Part shown: positions 1-9,473 of the stretch, in pieces | How the letters are laid out: each line of letters begins with the position of its first letter | Numbering within the stretch: the stretch's first letter is position 1 | DNA from: an uncultured Sphaerobacteraceae bacterium | Lineage (GTDB): Bacteria; Chloroflexota; Chloroflexia; Thermomicrobiales; UBA6265 | Direction of reading: 5' to 3' | NCBI GenBank assembly: GCA_964526965.1 | Contig: CAZGML010000001.1 | Span: 19,667 to 83,666, forward strand | Length of the DNA stretch: 64,000 nt | Notes under the pieces: model-generated | Database searches by the model: none | What the model was told of the DNA's origin: nothing | The model's input: the letters and a program-made list of their open reading frames with translations, nothing else | Translations under genes and position numbers: made by a program

Positions 1-536
1 TCCGGCGAAAAATCTTCCGAAAGCAATCCGGAGACCGTGTCCACAATGGTAATGGCGCCATGCTCTTTCGCGATCTTGCCGATCTCACGGACCGGGTTGA
101 CCGTACCGCTTGGCGTCTCGGAGTGAACAACACTCACCACGCTGATATCGGGATCGATCTCAAAGGCGCGTCGGACATCTTCCGGATCGATCGCATCGTT
201 GTATGGCACGGCGATCTCAATCACCTCACCGCCGTATTTGGTGATCCAGCCCTCGAACCCTTTGCCGAAAACTCCACTCACCAGATTAAGCACCCTGGTG
301 CCGGGTTCAATGACACTTGCCGCCGCGGCCTCAAGCGCAGCTATGGCCTCCGCCTGCATGAGAACGATGTCATGCTTTGTCTGGAACACCTGCGCCATCA
401 ACTCTGTGGTATGTCGAAATGTTTGCAAAAATGCAGGATCGTAATGATAAACCACGGGTTTTTGCATTGCGCGTAGTGTTTCGGCAGAAACATCTACAGG
501 ACCAGACGCGAGCGTCAAACGGGGAAGAGACACCAT
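1..536 (-). CDS. Class V PLP aminotransferase (serine-pyruvate / alanine-glyoxylate type), first 178 codons; the 3' end lies outside the window
   Basis: Not in the ORF track because it runs off the edge. My minus-strand translation from ATG 536 reads MVSLPRLTLASGPVDVSAETLRAMQKPVVYHYDPAFLQTF...VVHSETPSGTVNPVREIGKIAKEHGAITIVDTVSGL. This is the typical N-terminal and large-domain pattern of AGXT/SPT aminotransferases. The gene is divergent from hyi. Confidence 0.75.
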   Translation of the reverse strand, partial: MVSLPRLTLASGPVDVSAETLRAMQKPVVYHYDPAFLQTFRHTTELMAQVFQTKHDIVLMQAEAIAALEAAAASVIEPGTRVLNLVSGVFGKGFEGWITKYGGEVIEIAVPYNDAIDPEDVRRAFEIDPDISVVSVVHSETPSGTVNPVREIGKIAKEHGAITIVDTVSGLLSEDFSP

Positions 537-636
537 TAAAAAGACCTCCGGGGGCTATATACGTTTGCTTCCTCCCGATTATCGCCGATATTTGGCAGAA
601 TAGCTGCAGTGCTTGCCGTCATCGTCGGAGAATTCA

Positions 637-1413
637 ATGGTCCAACTTAGTGTCAACCTGTCCATGCTCTTCACCGAGCTTCCGTTCATCCAGCGCTTTG
701 CTGCCGCACGTGCGGCCGGGTTTAGCGCCGTGGAGGTGCAATTTCCGTACAATCATTCCGCCCGTGATATCCGGGCCCAGCTGGAGGAGCACGAGCTCGA
801 ACTGGTGCTGTTTAACCTGCCCGCTGGCGACTGGGAAGCCGGAGACCGCGGGATTGGGGCGAACTGGGCGCGACGGGAGGAGTTTAAGGAAGGGCTGGAA
901 AAAGCACTCGAGTTCGTGGACGAACTGCGCCCCAGGGCCGTTAACCTGCTTGCTGGCGCGAGTGAAGATATCGATGAAAACGACCTGGCGCTGCTCCAGA
1001 ACATTCGGATTTCAGCGGAAGAATTGGCAGAGGAAGATGTGCTCCTGCTGGTGGAGCCAGTCAATACAATCGATGTCCCCGACTTCGCGCTTCCTACCGC
1101 GTTCGCCGCACTGGATGTGATCTCGGAAATCGAGAACGACAACATCGCGCTTCAACTCGATATTTATCACGCATTACAAATGGACGAGAACCCGCTAGAA
1201 CTCATCAGCGAGCATCTCGACCAAATCGGGCACATTCAGATTGCCGATGTCCCCGGCCGCCATCAACCTGGAACCGGTGATATCGACTGGAAGATGTTCT
1301 TCGACACGCTAAAAAAACTTGAATACCAGGGAGCCATCGGGCTGGAATACATCCCCGAGGGTCGAACTGAAGAAAGCTTCTCAAAGCTGAAGGAACTGGG
1401 CCTGCTGGACTAG
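637..1413 (+). CDS. hyi: Hydroxypyruvate isomerase (xylose-isomerase-like TIM barrel)
   Basis: Lies in ORF 613..1413. ATG 637 is preceded by GGAG at 626-629 and gives 258 aa. The sequence MVQLSVNLSMLFTELPFIQRFAAARAAGFSAVEVQFPY...LQLDIYHALQMDENP matches the Hyi family along its length. Confidence 0.85.
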   Translation: MVQLSVNLSMLFTELPFIQRFAAARAAGFSAVEVQFPYNHSARDIRAQLEEHELELVLFNLPAGDWEAGDRGIGANWARREEFKEGLEKALEFVDELRPRAVNLLAGASEDIDENDLALLQNIRISAEELAEEDVLLLVEPVNTIDVPDFALPTAFAALDVISEIENDNIALQLDIYHALQMDENPLELISEHLDQIGHIQIADVPGRHQPGTGDIDWKMFFDTLKKLEYQGAIGLEYIPEGRTEESFSKLKELGLLD

Positions 1414-1452
1414 ACTTTCCTGAGCATCCGCTTTCAGCCGAAGGGGCAATAC

Positions 1453-2094
1453 ATGACGCCAAAACTGCATGTGAGTAATCATCCATTGATCAAGCACAAG
1501 GCGACGCTGCTTTCAAAAGACTCCACCGATACTCGCATGTTCCGCGAACTGGTGCGCGAGCTTACGGCATTGCTGGTATACGAGGCTATGGCAGATATGC
1601 CGGTGAGAACCATCCGATATAATACGCCCCTCGAGGAGGCAGAAGGCCACGAACTGGAAGCGCGTATCGGGCTGGTGCCCATTATCCGGGCCGGTATCGG
1701 TATGGTGGATGCCGCTGTAGATATGATCCCGAGTTCAGAGGTCTGGCACCTCGGCATGTATCGTGACGAAGTCACGCACACCCCGGTGAGCTATTACAAC
1801 AAGTTGCCAGATGAGAATCCGGACGATCTGATCGTGGTGCTCGATCCTATGCTGGCCACGGGCGGCTCTGCACGAGATGCCATTTCCGTTCTCAAGGACT
1901 GGGGCGCAACGTGGATCAAGTTTGTGGGGATAATCGCCGCGCCAGAAGGCGTTGAGGAGCTTCACCGGGCCCACCCGGATGTGGAAATCTATATTGCTCG
2001 GCTGGACCGCGAACTCGATGAAATGCGCTACATACGCCCGGGGCTTGGTGATGCTGGCGATCGACTCTACGGGACCCACGCCTCACACGGATAG
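1453..2094 (+). CDS. upp: Uracil phosphoribosyltransferase
   Basis: 213 aa. Contains HPLIKHKATLLSKDSTDTRMFRELVRELT, the PRPP loop VVLDPMLATGGSA, and C-terminal YIRPGLGDAGDRLYGT. Confidence 0.95.
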   Translation: MTPKLHVSNHPLIKHKATLLSKDSTDTRMFRELVRELTALLVYEAMADMPVRTIRYNTPLEEAEGHELEARIGLVPIIRAGIGMVDAAVDMIPSSEVWHLGMYRDEVTHTPVSYYNKLPDENPDDLIVVLDPMLATGGSARDAISVLKDWGATWIKFVGIIAAPEGVEELHRAHPDVEIYIARLDRELDEMRYIRPGLGDAGDRLYGTHASHG

Positions 2095-2136
2095 CGACTT
2101 GTCGCCACTCCCGCACTGAGCGCAAGCTTGACCGGT

Positions 2137-2421
2137 TTACCGGGACTGCTCATCAATCATGCGTTCGACGTCTTCCCCGGTGGCGTCATCGAAAATGGAA
2201 TCGAGATCCACGTTTTTGGAGAGCATCAGGTCGATACCGGCTTCGGCGAGTGTAGCGCGGAATTTATGCACCAGCTCGAGTTCCCGTGGATAAAGATCGT
2301 ACCCCCACTGCTGGAGGGCTGTATCCAAATCTGCCGCGGCGGCACGACGGAATTCCTCATCGCTCATCGCCTGCTCGGCAATGCGCTTCAGTACCGGCAC
2401 ACGGAGATCATCTTGTTCCAT
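2137..2421 (-). CDS. Small acidic hypothetical protein (94 aa), possibly NHLP-clan-like
   Basis: ORF 2137..2421. The segment AMSDEEFRRAAAADLDTALQQWGYDLYPRELELV resembles the AxxDxxFRxxLxxDPxxAL..Y.L..EE pattern of NHLP-related small proteins. No maturation enzymes lie nearby. Confidence 0.5.
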   Translation of the reverse strand: MEQDDLRVPVLKRIAEQAMSDEEFRRAAAADLDTALQQWGYDLYPRELELVHKFRATLAEAGIDLMLSKNVDLDSIFDDATGEDVERMIDEQSR

Positions 2422-2628
2422 TCGGCTTCGTCACCTTTGCCTAACCATTCGTAACGTGATTCTGAATGGTGTCAAACCTGTACACTGTCAGACATAGTGT
2501 AACGAGACACCCGCCGAGATGTCAGCACGGGTGACCCGAACCAGACCATCGAGTAATTCCACTGGGCGGGTAGCGCAGACGACAACACTGGATCAGGGCC
2601 CATCAATCGTGGCGTGTTAAGGGCACAG

Positions 2629-2654
2629 AGAGCCGAACCGGGCGGCTCGGCTCT
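2629..2654 (-). terminator. Hairpin between the pepF stop and the next gene (weak terminator candidate)
   Basis: agagccgaacc (2629-2639) pairs with ggctcggctct (2644-2654), giving 10 of 11 bp. There is no clear U-run on the minus strand. Confidence 0.3.
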
Positions 2655-2674
2655 TTGTGTCGCTCATCTGCTCG

Positions 2675-4528
2675 TTACGAATCAGCGTCAAGCTGCGCGG
2701 CTGCCTGCTCCAGAACGCCGTCATCAGCCAGCTGTTCCATCTCACTGATGACCCGGTCGAACTCCGCAATGCCCTGCTCGATCGGCTCAGGAGATTCCAG
2801 ATTGACACCTGCAGCCTTGAGCACGTTCATCGGGTAGTCGCTACCACCGGCGGCCAACATCTTCAGATATCGGTCTCGAGCGGCGTCACCTTCATCCCGA
2901 ACGGCAGTTGCCAGGTTGATAGCGCTACTCATGCCCGTGGCGTACTGGTAAACATAGAACGCATTGTAGAAATGCGGGATGCGCGCCCAGGTAATGCGAA
3001 CGCTATCGTCAATCACCACACCCGGGTTGTACGTGGCGAAGAGTTCGCCGTACATATCGCTCAGCACCTCAGGTACAAGCGCTCCACCGCCCTCGATGAT
3101 TTCGTGTGTACGCTGCTCGAATTCAGCGAACATGGTCTGTCGACTCACCGTGCCCGTGTATGTATCGGCGAACCGGTTGAGCAGCGCGAACCGCTGCACC
3201 GGGTTCTGCCCTTCGGGCCGATTGAGCAGGTGCCAGTTGAGCAAAACCTCGTTGACTGTAGAAGCGATTTCCGCCAGGAAAATCGAGTACCCGGCGTACT
3301 GGATCGGCTGCGCATTCTCGGCGTAGAAGCTGTGCATGCTGTGCCCGGCTTCGTGGGCGAGCGTGAACACATCGTCGAGCGTACCGTTCCAGTTCATCAG
3401 CATCACTGGCGGGGCGCCGTACGCTCCCCAGCTGTACGCGCCGGATCGTTTCCCCTTGCTTTCATGCACATCCACCCAGCGGCTCTTAAAGCCCGTGCGC
3501 AGGTCGTTCACGTACTGTTCGCCCAGCGCGCCAACGCCACCCAGCACGATATCTACCGCCTGCTGGAAGGAGTACTCTTTCTTGCTCTCCGGCGCGAGCG
3601 GTACACGCAGGTCGTAGGATTTCAATTCATCCAGGCCGAGGGCGCGTTTGCGAAGTTGCAGGTATCGGTCAACGACCGGAGTTGCCTTTTCCCGCACGGT
3701 GCTCACCAGCGTGTCGTAGACGGTTTCCGGAATATTGTTCCCGAAAAGTGCGGCTGCGCGGGCGGATTCGTGTTTACGAATCTGCGCATTGGCAACGTCC
3801 GTCTTAACGCTGTTGGTGTGAAGTGCACCAAATGTGAATGTATGGTCGAGATACTGCTTGTGGAACGCCTCACTGGCCGCTGCCCGAACCTCGCGATTGC
3901 GTGATTCCTGGATCATGGCATATCGCCCCTGGGTGAGATGAATTTCGTTGCCGTCCTCGTCCTTAATCGTGCCGTAATCGATATCAGCGTCATCAAGGGC
4001 GCTCATTGCCTGGCCAGATCCGCTAAGCACTTCGCTCAGTTGGGCGAGAACGGTCTCAACCTCTTCCGAGCGCACGTGGGCTCGTCCGCGTTCAATGTCC
4101 TCCAGCAGGAAGCGATACGGCTCCAGCTCCTCGCTGGCGATCGCTGCGTCCATCTCCGCTTTGGGGAGTCCCACGAGCTCTGGAGTGACGAAGCTCAATT
4201 GCTGACTGGCGAGTACATTGATCTGGATTGCCTTGTCGGCGCGAGTCAGGCTTTCGGTGTTGGTTTGATCCTCATCGCGACGCAAAAGCGCATAGACAAT
4301 CAACTTTCCCAACGTTTCTTCGAGGCTATAGTACGCATCGAGCGCCTCACGAATAACAGCCGGCCCCTCATGGAATCGACCACGATATGCAGCCACGTTC
4401 TCGATGGCGGCGGGAGCGGCTTCGGCAGCGGCCTGCCACGCTTCGTCGTCAGCAAACATCTGGGAAAGATCCCAGGTTTCTTCGACCGGGATATCGCTGC
4501 GAAGTCGGACTGAAGATTGATCGGACAT
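2675..4528 (-). CDS. pepF: Oligoendopeptidase F (M3B family)
   Basis: Lies in ORF 2675..4768. I place the start at ATG 4528 (MSDQSSVRLRSDIPVEETWDL), which has GGGAG upstream. The zinc motif TLAHEAGHSMH is present and the M3B pattern runs throughout. Confidence 0.9.
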   Translation of the reverse strand: MSDQSSVRLRSDIPVEETWDLSQMFADDEAWQAAAEAAPAAIENVAAYRGRFHEGPAVIREALDAYYSLEETLGKLIVYALLRRDEDQTNTESLTRADKAIQINVLASQQLSFVTPELVGLPKAEMDAAIASEELEPYRFLLEDIERGRAHVRSEEVETVLAQLSEVLSGSGQAMSALDDADIDYGTIKDEDGNEIHLTQGRYAMIQESRNREVRAAASEAFHKQYLDHTFTFGALHTNSVKTDVANAQIRKHESARAAALFGNNIPETVYDTLVSTVREKATPVVDRYLQLRKRALGLDELKSYDLRVPLAPESKKEYSFQQAVDIVLGGVGALGEQYVNDLRTGFKSRWVDVHESKGKRSGAYSWGAYGAPPVMLMNWNGTLDDVFTLAHEAGHSMHSFYAENAQPIQYAGYSIFLAEIASTVNEVLLNWHLLNRPEGQNPVQRFALLNRFADTYTGTVSRQTMFAEFEQRTHEIIEGGGALVPEVLSDMYGELFATYNPGVVIDDSVRITWARIPHFYNAFYVYQYATGMSSAINLATAVRDEGDAARDRYLKMLAAGGSDYPMNVLKAAGVNLESPEPIEQGIAEFDRVISEMEQLADDGVLEQAAAQLDADS

Positions 4529-4742
4529 GAGATTCAACTCCCTGGTTGACACATTATGCGCGGTTGACGTATATTCAGCCTCCGCTTCACAACGTGAGAC
4601 ATCGTTGTGCCACGTACGCGTGGACCGGAACGGAAACAACACACGCACGGGATTTCTGCATAGCACGTTACCACGGTAGTGGATGCTGATGCAGCACAAC
4701 CGCGTGCGATTTTGTCCGTATTGCACGCGAAGGGATGGCGCG

Positions 4743-5534
4743 ATGCGTATGTACTTTGAGCTGGGCAAACGCTCATTTCAGCAGCAGTTCGCATATCGGG
4801 CTGCAACAGTTGCGGGATTGTTCACGAACTCCATTTTCGGCGTGCTGCTCTCCTCCGTATACCTTGCACTCTTTTGGGATCGACCCGATAACGCCAGCGT
4901 GGGTGGATTCACTGCCCAACAAACAGTCACGTATACATGGATCGGCCAGTCGCTGATTGTGCCAGTGTTAGCCTGGGGCTGGTGGTTGATTATCGATACC
5001 ATTCGCTCCGGCACCGTGGTGATGGATATGCTGAAGCCGATGGATTATTTCCGTTACTGGCTGAGTCGCGATCTCGGTCGCGCCGCGGGGCAGATTCTCA
5101 CCCGGGGCGCGCCAACACTCATCGTCGGCTCCATGCTTTTCGACCTCGTTTGGCCAGATACCTGGCAGCGGGCGGTCGCTTTTGGCATCTCTGTGCCCTT
5201 CGCGGTGATCGTCAGCTTCTGTGTGCGTTTTCTTATGAACCTGAGCGGATTCTGGCTGCTCGATCATCGCGGTATAGGGGCGTTGATGGTGGTATTTACC
5301 GGCCTTTTCTCCGGGCATTTGCTCCCGATCTCCTAGTACCCACCACTGATACGAGACGTGATCAACGTGCTGCCATTCCGGTCGATGGTCATGACTCCCG
5401 TAGAGATTTGGCTCGGACAGGTCAGCATCCTGCAAGGGTTATCTTTGCAAGTTTTCTGGACGGCAGTAATGGTGGCAGTATGTTACGGAGTGCTCCACGT
5501 AGCAGAGCGGAAAGTGGTGGTGCAAGGTGGATAA
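4743..5534 (+). pseudogene. ABC-2 family (former DUF990-type) permease interrupted by an in-frame TAG at 5334-5336
   Basis: ORF 4683..5336 reads MRMYFELGKRSFQQQFAYRAATVAGLF from ATG 4743 and stops at TAG. The same frame continues YPPLIRDVINVLPFRSMVMTPVEIWLGQVSILQGLSLQVFWTAVMVAVCYGVLHVAERKVVVQGG* to TAA 5532-5534. That stop overlaps the GTG start of the next permease in the pattern GTGGATAA. Confidence 0.65.
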
Positions 5535-6348
5535 GCCGATCACACTCCGCGAAGAACTCCATATCGCCCTGAAAGTCGCCGGTATTCGGCTGCGCGGACA
5601 AATGACCTACCGCGCCAGCTTCTGGATGCAGATATTCGGCAACTTCCTGATACACGCAGCCGAAATCCTCGCCCTGTTCGCGATGTTTTACCGATTCGAC
5701 ACCCTGGGCGGCTGGACGCTCGGCGAAGTTGCCCTGCTGCATGGCATGAGCATGATCTGCTTCAGCCTTGCTGACCTGCTGACAGTCGGCATGGATAACG
5801 TTGCGCCGCAAATACGAAGCGGCGAGTTCGACCGCATCCTCACGCGTCCGCTTGGAAGTTGGCTCAATGCGGCAACCAGCGACTTCAGTCTGCGCCACCT
5901 GGGACAGTGTGTACAGGGGCTTCTGGTAATCGCTTTCGCGCTTACGCAAGTAGAGATCGCCTGGAGCATCGACAAGGTGCTGCTCGTTCCCCTGACACTT
6001 GCAACGGGAATCGCTCTCTTCATGGCGCTCTTTACCATCGAAGCAATTCTCAGCTTCTGGACAGTCAACGGGGTCGAGGCGATCAATGCGTTCACGTACG
6101 GTGGCTCGGATTTGGCACAGTTCCCGATGCACATCTTTGGCCGAACAATGCGTCTGCTCTTCATGTGGGTGATCCCTGTTGCCTTCGTCACCTACTATCC
6201 TGCCCTCTATCTGCTGGATAAACCGGATCCGCTCGGGATGCCGGACTGGTTTGTCTTGTTAGGACCGGTAATTGTCACCTTCTTCTGCCTGCTCGTCGCC
6301 TGGGGCTGGCGTCAGGGGATTCGTCACTATCGCTCAACGGGGAGTTAA
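5527..6348 (+). CDS. ABC-2 family transporter permease (second subunit)
   Basis: 273 aa with a GTG start. It is multi-pass hydrophobic (FWMQIFGNFLIHAAEILALFAMF..., ...IPVAFVTYYPALYLL) and sits between a paralogous permease and the ATPase. Confidence 0.8.
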   Translation: MDKPITLREELHIALKVAGIRLRGQMTYRASFWMQIFGNFLIHAAEILALFAMFYRFDTLGGWTLGEVALLHGMSMICFSLADLLTVGMDNVAPQIRSGEFDRILTRPLGSWLNAATSDFSLRHLGQCVQGLLVIAFALTQVEIAWSIDKVLLVPLTLATGIALFMALFTIEAILSFWTVNGVEAINAFTYGGSDLAQFPMHIFGRTMRLLFMWVIPVAFVTYYPALYLLDKPDPLGMPDWFVLLGPVIVTFFCLLVAWGWRQGIRHYRSTGS

Positions 6349-6350
6349 CC

Positions 6351-7358
6351 ATGTCGATGATTCACGTACGAAACCTGACAAAACGATTCCCGATCAAGAA
6401 ACATCGCACGGGAGCAATCGGATCGCTGACTTCGCTCATCCGCGGAGACAGCGATGGCGAATTCACGGCAGTTGAAGATGTCTCGTTCAGCATCGAACGC
6501 GGAGAAATGGTCGGCTACATCGGGCCAAACGGCGCCGGTAAAAGCACCACGATCAAAATGCTGATCGGGATCCTGGTACCGAGCAACGGCGAGGCAACGG
6601 TTGCCGGCCTGACACCATGGGAGAGCCGGAAGCAACTGGCGCAGAAGATCGGGGTCGTTTTCGGGCAACGCACACAACTATGGTGGGATCTCGCGCTCAT
6701 CGAAAGCCTTGAACTGCTGAAGCACATGTATCGGGTGCCAGAGGATCAATTTCGGGAAAACCTCGCCACCGCAACCGAACTCCTGGCCCTCGACGATTTC
6801 CTGCGTACACCGGTGCGGCAACTCAGCCTCGGCCAGCGAATGCGTGGTGACCTCACGGCGGCACTGCTGCACGACCCGGAGATTCTCTACCTGGATGAAC
6901 CGACCATTGGCCTTGATATCGTGGCGAAATCAGCGATTCGGGAGTTCCTGGAAACGCTCAATCGCGAGCGCAAGACCACAGTCATGCTCACCACACACGA
7001 CCTTGATGATATCGAGCAGCTTTGTCCGCGCATCCTGGTGATCGATCATGGCCGGGTTATGTACGATGGCGCGCTTCAGGCGCTGAAATCAAGGTGGGGA
7101 GGTCGACGGCAGTTGATCGTCGATTTCGCCGCAGATCCTGACGAGGCGATAGCGTCAATGAGCAATGGTGAGATCCATGTCGCGAAAATCGATGGACCAC
7201 GCGTGACGATTGCGTTCGATCGCGAATCCATCTCCGCGCCCGAGGTACTCACCCGGGCGGGCGCCTTTGGCGAAGTACGAGACATGAGCCTTCAGGAGCC
7301 AGATATCGAAGATGTGATTCGGCGAATGTACGCCGGCTCGATTCCAGTGGGGATCTAA
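6351..7358 (+). CDS. ABC transporter ATP-binding protein
   Basis: Walker A GPNGAGKSTT, signature LSLGQRMR, Walker B ILYLDEPTIGLD and H-loop TTHD are all present. Confidence 0.92.
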   Translation: MSMIHVRNLTKRFPIKKHRTGAIGSLTSLIRGDSDGEFTAVEDVSFSIERGEMVGYIGPNGAGKSTTIKMLIGILVPSNGEATVAGLTPWESRKQLAQKIGVVFGQRTQLWWDLALIESLELLKHMYRVPEDQFRENLATATELLALDDFLRTPVRQLSLGQRMRGDLTAALLHDPEILYLDEPTIGLDIVAKSAIREFLETLNRERKTTVMLTTHDLDDIEQLCPRILVIDHGRVMYDGALQALKSRWGGRRQLIVDFAADPDEAIASMSNGEIHVAKIDGPRVTIAFDRESISAPEVLTRAGAFGEVRDMSLQEPDIEDVIRRMYAGSIPVGI

Positions 7359-8545
7359 ACACAAAGCAGCTCACCGAGCGTGGCGGCGTAGATGCGCGCC
7401 TGGGTGACGAGATCGTCAACCAAAATACTCTCGTTGGCACCATGTTCGTTGAGGCCAACAGCACCCATGATGACGGTGTCCACACCGATCTGCCGATACA
7501 GGCGGGCATCGGTAATACCCGCCCACTCGACGAAGAACTCCGGCTCGCGGTCGAATGATCGCAACGCGTTCTGGAATGCCGTCACCAGCGGGGAATCTGG
7601 CGACGTCATATTCGCCTCGGTGTAGCTCTCGGGATCATACTCGAGTTCATAAACAAAATCGGGGTCATTGGCAGCCACTGCATCGAGCTTCTGCCGAATA
7701 TCGGCGATTACGGATTCTACAGTTTCGCCCGGCACCGTGCGGCGATCAATGTCCAACGTCGCTTCGCCGGGCACAACGTTATGGGCAATACCACCTTCAA
7801 TCCCGTTGACGCTAAGCACTGGATGCCCAACGGCCGGGTGGAACCTATCCAGATGCTGCTCCAGCGCGAGGATTGCCTTGGCGGCCTTCTGGATAGCGTT
7901 CTTTCCAAGTACCCGGGCAACCGCTGTGTGGCTGGCTTTCCCCTTCAGGTGAACCTTAACACCAAGGCCGCCGCGCTCGGCGATACGAATCTTGAAATCG
8001 CTCGCCTCTCCAACAATTGTGTAGTTTGGTCGCGGAATGTTGCCGGCCTCGATTTCCGCAATGACATGCCTGGTGCCGAATGTGGCTCCCCTCTCCTCAT
8101 CGCTCACGATATGAGCCGTGAGTGCGCCTTTGAGTGGCGCTTGCCGGAACATCTCCAACATCGTCAGCATTACGCCGACGCTCGATTTCATATCGGCAGC
8201 ACCTCGTCCGTAGAGCGTTGAGCCGTCTTCGCTCAATACGCCTTCAAACGGATCCGTCTTCCAGCTGGCCTCATCGCTGACTGGTACGACGTCGAGGTGG
8301 CCGTTCATGGCGACGAGTGGTCCATCCCCTGGATTGCCAATAGTGGCGATGATGTTGGGTCGCTGTGGATCGTTGGCGGTCTCCATGTATTCAATGTCGC
8401 GTTCTTCGAGCCAGCGCTTCACGAACTGCATAATCTCGAATTCATTGCCACTGACTGACGGAATCGATACCAGATGTTTGCCGATATCGATAATCGCATC
8501 ACGATCGACCTGCTCCACCCACTTGTTCATAGTCATGTTGCTCAT
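7355..8545 (-). CDS. M20 family metallopeptidase (ArgE/DapE-like), paralog 1
   Basis: 396 aa with NGHLDVVPV, GRGAADMKS and SDEE motifs. The start may be ATG 8536 rather than 8545, because the GAGGA box sits only 1 nt from 8545. Confidence 0.85.
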   Translation of the reverse strand: MSNMTMNKWVEQVDRDAIIDIGKHLVSIPSVSGNEFEIMQFVKRWLEERDIEYMETANDPQRPNIIATIGNPGDGPLVAMNGHLDVVPVSDEASWKTDPFEGVLSEDGSTLYGRGAADMKSSVGVMLTMLEMFRQAPLKGALTAHIVSDEERGATFGTRHVIAEIEAGNIPRPNYTIVGEASDFKIRIAERGGLGVKVHLKGKASHTAVARVLGKNAIQKAAKAILALEQHLDRFHPAVGHPVLSVNGIEGGIAHNVVPGEATLDIDRRTVPGETVESVIADIRQKLDAVAANDPDFVYELEYDPESYTEANMTSPDSPLVTAFQNALRSFDREPEFFVEWAGITDARLYRQIGVDTVIMGAVGLNEHGANESILVDDLVTQARIYAATLGELLCV

Positions 8546-8639
8546 ATCCTCACTGCTTTACGTGCTTGTTCACTTCTTGTATCACAGTTCGCGGCGGGAC
8601 TGACGTACAATTGAATGAGTGAATTGAACGAACGATGAG

Positions 8640-9014
8640 ATGACTATGACAGCGACCATAATTTGCAACCAATGTGATTCAAACTTCGACTACTCCACCG
8701 CCGAGCAAGAGTTTCGCGAACTCCATGGACTTTCCCGACCGGCATTGTGCCCGGGCTGTCGACAACGAGACCGTCAGCGCCGGAACGGTGACCTGGTAAA
8801 CCTCTACATGCGCACGGATTCGTTTGATCCGTTCCTGGTCGGCGAGAACACTCAGGCGGGAAATACTTACCGTAGCGGCAATGGACGGGATGTCCGTGTG
8901 ATGCACGATGCGGTGTGCGCAGATTGCGGATCGGATACGCGGGTGCCATTCGTGCCGCGCGGCGATCGCCCCGTGTACTGCAGGGACTGCTTCAACGCTC
9001 GCAAGGGGCGATAA
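8640..9014 (+). CDS. Double zinc-ribbon protein (two CxxC...CxxC units)
   Basis: 124 aa. The first unit is CNQCDSNFDYSTAEQEFRELHGLSRPALCPGC and the second is CADCGSDTRVPFVPRGDRPVYCRDC. Confidence 0.7.
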   Translation: MTMTATIICNQCDSNFDYSTAEQEFRELHGLSRPALCPGCRQRDRQRRNGDLVNLYMRTDSFDPFLVGENTQAGNTYRSGNGRDVRVMHDAVCADCGSDTRVPFVPRGDRPVYCRDCFNARKGR

Positions 9015-9072
9015 GCGCCGCAGCTGCTGGGCCCATGACATCCTTACAAGTAAGGAATGAAAGGGCAACAGC

Positions 9073-9450
9073 ATGGAAATCGCCAAAGTTACGTCTAAAG
9101 GTCAGGTAACTGTACCCAAGGCAGTGAGAGAAAAGCTGGATCTTGAAGCCGGGAGCAAGATTGTCTTCATTCAGGTGGGTGATGATCTTGTGGTTCGTAA
9201 TGCCGACTCGATAGCATCGCCCGAAAAATCCAGGTCGGACGAACTAAAAGCGCGATTTTTGGCGGAAGCTGCAGCGAAGTACGATCTTGACCTACAGGAG
9301 ATTCAAGCAGCAGCGACCAACAAGTCTGTTTCTCAGCTTTTAGATGAAGTTCGCGCCAGTTTCCTGACAACAATTGAAGAGAAGGGGCTGAAGACCGAAG
9401 CAGAAATACTGGATTATTTTGGCCTTCCTCAAGATGATCATCAGGAATAA
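9073..9450 (+). CDS. AbrB/SpoVT-domain antitoxin
   Basis: The N-terminus MEIAKVTSKGQVTVPKAVREKLDLEAGSKIVF is the swapped-hairpin AbrB/MazE motif. The gene sits immediately upstream of a PIN gene in a low-GC region. Confidence 0.8.
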   Translation: MEIAKVTSKGQVTVPKAVREKLDLEAGSKIVFIQVGDDLVVRNADSIASPEKSRSDELKARFLAEAAAKYDLDLQEIQAAATNKSVSQLLDEVRASFLTTIEEKGLKTEAEILDYFGLPQDDHQE

Positions 9451-9473
9451 AGGTATTCATCGACACCAATATC

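Noticed and set aside
2657-3904. A 415-aa plus-strand ORF
   Set aside because: It lies entirely antisense to pepF, which has a clear HEAGH zinc motif and family-wide similarity. The ORF itself has no recognisable motifs. This is the typical stop-poor shadow frame of G+C-rich DNA.
4529-4768. The N-terminal 80-codon extension of the pepF ORF
   Set aside because: The translation is Cys/Arg-rich and non-conserved-looking, and it overlaps the start of the ABC-2 operon. ATG 4528 has a GGGAG box.
5334-5336. The in-frame TAG as programmed recoding (for example pyrrolysine) or a reassigned codon
   Set aside because: TAG is used as the ordinary stop codon of hyi (1411-1413) and upp (2092-2094) in the same window. 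No pyl genes or recoding signal are visible. A nonsense mutation or a sequencing error is more parsimonious.
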